NCBI GenBank assembly: GCA_026396115.1
Contig: JAPLXL010000005.1
Location: 137,316 to 201,315 of the forward strand
Length of the DNA: 64,000 bases
Origin: Candidatus Nealsonbacteria bacterium
Lineage (GTDB): Bacteria > Patescibacteriota > Minisyncoccia > Minisyncoccales > RBG-13-42-11
Direction of reading: 5' to 3'
Notes under the pieces: generated by a model
What the model saw: only the letters and a program-made list of their open reading frames with translations
Database searches by the model: none
Told to the model about the DNA's origin: nothing
Made by a program: the position numbers and the translations under genes
Part shown: positions 59,747 through 64,000 of the stretch, piece after piece
Position numbering within the stretch: position 1 is the stretch's first letter
How the letters are laid out: each line of letters opens with the position of its first letter

Positions 59747-60979
59747 ATGGAAACCAATCCTAATGATTACTATAAAAACATTGAGAATCAATTGGCTCAG
59801 CAATTGGAGCCTTCCGTTATTAAATTTCTTGATTACGTCGTTGAGCATGCCTACAGCCTGAGAGCTTCTGATATTCATCTTGATCCCGTAGAGGAGGGAT
59901 TAAAAATTAGATTTCGGGTTGACGGAGTCTTACAGGATATTTACACTTTTCACCAAAACATTCATTCTGAAGTGGTTTCCAGAATAAAAATCCTTTGCGG
60001 TTTACGGACCGACGAACATCAGGCGACCCAGGATGGTCGATTTACCGATTATATTGGAACAACAAAGCCAATAGATATTAGAGTTTCCATTGTTCCAACA
60101 TATCACGGCGAAAATGCAGTTCTTCGTTTACTTGCCGATAAAGTTGAGCAATTTACTTTAGAAACTTTGGGATTTGGTGAAGATAATGTTTTGAAAATTG
60201 ATAAAGCCATACGCAAGCCCTGGGGTATGATTTTAGCTACCGGTCCTACGGGTTCGGGAAAAACCACAACACTCTATACTCTTATAAAATTACTCAACAA
60301 CAAAGACGTATCGATTATTACTATCGAAGACCCAATAGAATATGATATTAAAGATGTTAGTCAAATTCAGGTGAATCCCCGAACCAATCTGACTTTTGCT
60401 AAAGGCCTTCGCTCCATTATACGTCAAGACCCCAATATTATTATGGTGGGTGAAATTCGGGATTTTGAAACAGCAAGTTTAGCTGTAAATACCGCCCTAA
60501 CCGGTCATCTTTTGCTTTCCACCATTCATACTACTGATGCAGTTACTACCATTGTTCGCCTGCTTGATATGAAAATAGAATCATTTTTGATCGCTTCAAC
60601 CGTGAATTTAGCCATTGCCCAGCGATTAGTTCGGAAAATTTGCAATCATTGTAAGGTTTCCCACAAGATAACCAAAGCTGAATATCAAAGCTTATCTGGC
60701 ATAATACCCGCGAAACTTTTAGAAAAAGCGGAGAATTTCTATCGGGGGAAGGGCTGTCCTGAGTGCAACCAAACTGGCTACCAGGGGCGGATCAGTATCA
60801 ATGAAGTTTTGGTAACTAACGATGCCATTAGAGAAGCTATCTTGCGGCGCGAGTCATCAAATAAACTAAAGCAAGTTGCTATTGACAATGGGATGACTAC
60901 AATGCTTGAAGACGGTTTTCAAAAAGCTCTAAAGGGAATAACTACCATTGAGGAGGTTTTAAGAGTAATCAATGAATAA
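59747..60979 (+). CDS. pilB: type IV pilus assembly ATPase (PilB/GspE family, short form)
   Basis: Walker A GPTGSGKTTTLY, Asp box, His box, CxxC...CxxC tetracysteine (CNHC...CPEC). Confidence 0.85.
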   Translation: METNPNDYYKNIENQLAQQLEPSVIKFLDYVVEHAYSLRASDIHLDPVEEGLKIRFRVDGVLQDIYTFHQNIHSEVVSRIKILCGLRTDEHQATQDGRFTDYIGTTKPIDIRVSIVPTYHGENAVLRLLADKVEQFTLETLGFGEDNVLKIDKAIRKPWGMILATGPTGSGKTTTLYTLIKLLNNKDVSIITIEDPIEYDIKDVSQIQVNPRTNLTFAKGLRSIIRQDPNIIMVGEIRDFETASLAVNTALTGHLLLSTIHTTDAVTTIVRLLDMKIESFLIASTVNLAIAQRLVRKICNHCKVSHKITKAEYQSLSGIIPAKLLEKAENFYRGKGCPECNQTGYQGRISINEVLVTNDAIREAILRRESSNKLKQVAIDNGMTTMLEDGFQKALKGITTIEEVLRVINE

Positions 60980-62051
60980 GAAAAAATTTTCATTTTCATT
61001 TTCAAATCGCTTCTCATCTCATGAGAAAGAACTTTTTGTTAAGCGCCTTTCTTTTTTATTGAAAGCCGGCATTCCGATTTTACAGGGCTTAACAATGATT
61101 AAAGAGCAGACGCGTTCGAATAAACAGAAAAAAGTTATTGAAAGTTTAATGAATAGTGTTGCCAACGGTCGATCGCTTCATGCCAGCCTTAAACGCTTTA
61201 GAAATATTTTTGGCGATTTTATAATTAATATCATTCGTATTGGGGAAAATACCGGGCTTTTACATCAAAACTTAAATTATTTAGCTGAAGAGTTAAAAAA
61301 AAGAAGATTGCTTAAACGTAAGATAATTGGAGCGCTTGTCTATCCTATTTTTATTGCCGTGACCACGATTGGCATCACCACCATGCTCATTGTTTTTGTT
61401 TTCCCCAAGATTTTGCCTATTCTCAAAAGCTTGAATGTTCCTTTGCCCATTACTACAAGATTTCTTATTAGCTTGAGCGGTTTTTTAACAAACTATGGTT
61501 TTTATGTGTTGGGTGGCCTGATAGTTTTTAGTGCAGGAATATTTTTTATATCAAAATTGCCTAAGGTACGTCTTTTTATTGATATTCTTATACCTTCAAT
61601 TCCAATCATCGGGCAAATTTTGCAAAATTATCACCTTGTTAATATTTGTCGTACCTTAGGTTTGCTTTTGAAAAGCGAGGTGACTCTGAATGAAGGAATA
61701 AAAATAACAGCTGAGACGACATCCGATATGGTTTATAAAAAAATGCTTGGAAAGATGAGAGAAAATATTTTAAAAGGAAAAAAAGTTGCCGATCAGTTTG
61801 AAAATTATCCTCGCTTTTTTCCTATATTAATTACGCAAATGTTGGCAGTTGGGGAAACAACCGGTGATTTAAGCGGTTCACTCCTTTATCTGGCGGAATT
61901 TTACGAAACAGAAGTTGATGAAATGACTAAAAATCTGTCTAATATCCTGGAGCCGCTTTTGATGATATTTATGGGAACCATAGTGGGTTTTGTGGTTATT
62001 TCAATTATTACGCCGATATATGGGGTTACCCAACATCTCAATGTTAGATAA
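60972..62051 (+). CDS. pilC: type IV pilus platform protein (PilC/GspF family)
   Basis: Two GspF repeats and three TM helices. Confidence 0.8.
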   Translation: MNKKKFSFSFSNRFSSHEKELFVKRLSFLLKAGIPILQGLTMIKEQTRSNKQKKVIESLMNSVANGRSLHASLKRFRNIFGDFIINIIRIGENTGLLHQNLNYLAEELKKRRLLKRKIIGALVYPIFIAVTTIGITTMLIVFVFPKILPILKSLNVPLPITTRFLISLSGFLTNYGFYVLGGLIVFSAGIFFISKLPKVRLFIDILIPSIPIIGQILQNYHLVNICRTLGLLLKSEVTLNEGIKITAETTSDMVYKKMLGKMRENILKGKKVADQFENYPRFFPILITQMLAVGETTGDLSGSLLYLAEFYETEVDEMTKNLSNILEPLLMIFMGTIVGFVVISIITPIYGVTQHLNVR

Positions 62052-62559
62052 ATCTCGCACCAATTTTCAAGAAAAAGATGCTGGGTTTACATTGATTGAA
62101 ATTATCGTTGTGATGTCGCTGCTGGCGGCTATCGGCGCTTTGACGGCTTTTGCTAATTTTGATGTCTGGCGCGGCTATACTTTCCGCGGGGAATGCGATT
62201 TGTTGATTTCGGTTTTACAAAAAGCGCGCAGCCAGAGCGTCAACAATATTTGCTTGGGGAGCAGTTGCACTGATGGCCGACCGCACGGCGTATATATTCA
62301 AAGCGATAAATACACCATTTTCCAGGGAAGTGACTGGGACCATCGCGACGTTGCAATAGACGAAGATTTTGAAGCCAACAGTAAGGTTAGTAGCGCCAGC
62401 AGCACAATCAGCGAAGTTGTTTTCAGCCAGCTTTCAGGCGATGCCAGCTTCCCGCAAAGCCCCGGTCTGATAGAAGGCAAAATTATTTTAAACGAAATTG
62501 ACGGTTTCCATTCCGAAACTATTTCCATCAACAATGAAGGAAGAATTGATTATCAATAA
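62041..62559 (+). CDS. type IV prepilin / pseudopilin (class III signal peptide)
   Basis: MLDKSRTNFQEKDAG|FTLIEIIVVMSLLAAIGA prepilin peptidase cleavage motif. Confidence 0.7.
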   Translation: MLDKSRTNFQEKDAGFTLIEIIVVMSLLAAIGALTAFANFDVWRGYTFRGECDLLISVLQKARSQSVNNICLGSSCTDGRPHGVYIQSDKYTIFQGSDWDHRDVAIDEDFEANSKVSSASSTISEVVFSQLSGDASFPQSPGLIEGKIILNEIDGFHSETISINNEGRIDYQ

Positions 62560-64000
62560 ATCTTGTTCGGGATTTTCTACCTTGGAAATGCTGATAGCTA
62601 TGGCTATTTTAATTATGGTTATCTCAGCCGTGATTTTGGTTTCATTCGGCAGTCAGTCAATGCTCATTGACAGTCAAACCAACAGCGAAGCTTTAAATAA
62701 AGCCCAGGAACTTTTAGAAGAGGTGCAAGCTTTGGCAAGAAAGGATTATAAATTGGTAAATCCAGTAGCTACAATCACCGACGGCATATATCAAAAAAAA
62801 ATTGACGTTGAAACGCAGCCGGATTTTTTTACCAAAAAAGTGACCGCCACGGTTTCCTGGCTTGGTGAACACAATCGGAATTTAAATGTTCAGCTTTCGG
62901 CACTGGTCACCAACTTCAACAACGCCGTTGGCGGCGACACTTGCGATTCGGTGTTACGAGACAACACTGGCGCTACTAACGCCGATGTTTGGAAAACCCC
63001 GCAAGTCAAAAATTCTATCACTGATTTTGCTCAACTGGCTGGTGTTTCGGGCATTTATCCGATTACAGACATAGACGCGTATAAAGGCAAGCTTTATATA
63101 ACCACAAACAATAGTAGCGAAAATCAAAGCACTTTTTTTGTTTTCGACATTACTGATCCTACAAATCCAGTTTTGGATCACGGCGGCACTGATAAAATAG
63201 ATAATGATAGCGATAATAATAGCGGATTGAATGCGGTGGCAGTGGCAGAAAATGCCAGTGGTAATGGAAAAATCTATGCTTTTGTGGCGAATGCCAGTGG
63301 CGTTTCCGTAGGACAATTACAAATTATAGAGGTAAGCGTAAGCCCTCCTCAAGTTGTAGCCACTTATCCAATGCCAGGCGTGACCAGTACTAGTAGTAGT
63401 CAAGGAGTGGGCAACAGTATTTTTTATAAAGACGGTTTTGTTTATTTAGGCCTGAAGGCAACAGGTCCTGGGAACGGTCCAGAATTTCACATTATTGACA
63501 TGCATGATTTTCTAGCTAATCCAACCAACCCTAACCTTATTCACTACGCTGATTCATATTCAATTGGCGACGATATCAACGCTATTTACGTAAAAGGAAA
63601 TTATGCTTATTTAGCAACGTCTGACAGCCAGGAGTTGATTGTTTTGAATGTCAGTAACCCTACCGATATCTCGACTGGCAGCCCCGTTTGGGGCTACGAT
63701 GCCGCTGGTGGCGGCAACGGAAAAAGTTTATATTTGGTGGGCGATACTTTATCTTTGGGCAGAACATTTCCTTCATCTGGACCGGAATTTTATATTTTAA
63801 ACAATACTGACCCGACTAATATTCCCGTCAATAATCCTGATCCGCCATCACCATATCCCTACACCCAAAGTATCGGTAGCAGCGTAGATGGATTGGTAGT
63901 GCGAGCCGGGTTGGATACCGTTGTCCCGTCAACCTTGCATAATTTAGCTTTTTTTCTGACCTCAAGTAATTTTCAACTTTGGGATATTACCAATTTATCC
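62534..64000 (+). CDS. large prepilin-like protein (3' truncated by the window edge) with an extended C-terminal, possibly beta-propeller-like domain
   Basis: MKEELIINKSCSG|FSTLEMLIAMAILIMVISAV prepilin motif followed by more than 450 aa of repeat-like sequence; not in the ORF track because it lacks a stop. Confidence 0.5.
   Translation, partial: MKEELIINKSCSGFSTLEMLIAMAILIMVISAVILVSFGSQSMLIDSQTNSEALNKAQELLEEVQALARKDYKLVNPVATITDGIYQKKIDVETQPDFFTKKVTATVSWLGEHNRNLNVQLSALVTNFNNAVGGDTCDSVLRDNTGATNADVWKTPQVKNSITDFAQLAGVSGIYPITDIDAYKGKLYITTNNSSENQSTFFVFDITDPTNPVLDHGGTDKIDNDSDNNSGLNAVAVAENASGNGKIYAFVANASGVSVGQLQIIEVSVSPPQVVATYPMPGVTSTSSSQGVGNSIFYKDGFVYLGLKATGPGNGPEFHIIDMHDFLANPTNPNLIHYADSYSIGDDINAIYVKGNYAYLATSDSQELIVLNVSNPTDISTGSPVWGYDAAGGGNGKSLYLVGDTLSLGRTFPSSGPEFYILNNTDPTNIPVNNPDPPSPYPYTQSIGSSVDGLVVRAGLDTVVPSTLHNLAFFLTSSNFQLWDITNLS

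Overview
This low-GC window (about one-third GC by eye) is mostly housekeeping genes and looks like a streamlined Candidate Phyla Radiation / Patescibacteria (Parcubacteria-like) chromosome. Native genes mostly lack Shine-Dalgarno sequences.

Recognisable genes, left to right: rseP fragment, proS, mreB, gatC, gatA, a tRNA-fMet/tRNA-Met/tRNA-Asp array, pheS, pheT, gyrB, secE, nusG and rplK. These are followed by a dTMP/one-carbon module (dCMP deaminase, tdk, tmk, thyX, glyA, folD, deoC, rdgB), then gatB, a miaB-miaA fusion, thrS, dnaE, rnhB, rpmF, nusB, rnc and rpsP. Further on come khpA, trmD, tRNA-Tyr, a second khpA, tRNA-Thr, rpmG, tRNA-Trp, a MacAB-like HlyD/ABC exporter, def, pcm, mltG, a DJ-1/PfpI protein, rplJ, rplL, a MazG-like gene, upp, a PRTase, an NYN-domain protein, a PG-binding protein and a type IV pilus block (pilB, pilC, two prepilins).

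Four things are not explained by ordinary annotation:

1. A very dense family of roughly 45-65 bp palindromic mini-elements, with at least 23 copies. Their two orientations read ...accgagcttccgaaggaagcgaaggtgaagaagagga-N-tcctcttcgcc... and ...ggcgaagagga-N-tcctcttcttcacccttcgctgcggctcgggt.... Copies sit in intergenic DNA and are also inserted in-frame into essential genes (gatA, pheT, folD, gatB, miaB-miaA, thrS, mltG, the trmD 5' end). One copy carries a 16-bp target-site duplication.

2. A roughly 10.5-kb block (32.2-42.7 kb) inserted into the conserved rpsP-khpA-trmD operon. It encodes giant Cys-rich secreted proteins carrying a VirB2/TrbC-like two-helix pilin-like domain (two paralogs) and a C39-like cysteine peptidase domain. 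It also encodes a VirB6/TrbL-like polytopic membrane protein with a Lys/Ala tandem-repeat tail and a C-terminal zinc ribbon, an acidic protein and an SPFH-like protein. This is the best candidate for an undescribed cell-surface / conjugation-like apparatus.

3. A tRNA-Tyr-adjacent mosaic of foreign DNA (44.2-46.9 kb). It holds a GC-rich orphan gene, a cassette flanked by 42-bp direct repeats, canonical AAGGAGG ribosome-binding sites and a diverged second copy of khpA. A GC-rich tdk cassette with its own RBS and terminator lies inside the thymidylate cluster.

4. Several short regulatory-looking repeats. These are a tandem 7-5-7 palindrome AATGAAT-N5-ATTCATT at three translation-related loci, a 27-bp direct repeat in front of the MazG-like gene and upp, and a 20-bp perfect palindrome at the promoter of the inserted cluster.

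rplA is absent between rplK and rplJ, and rimM is absent between khpA and trmD.
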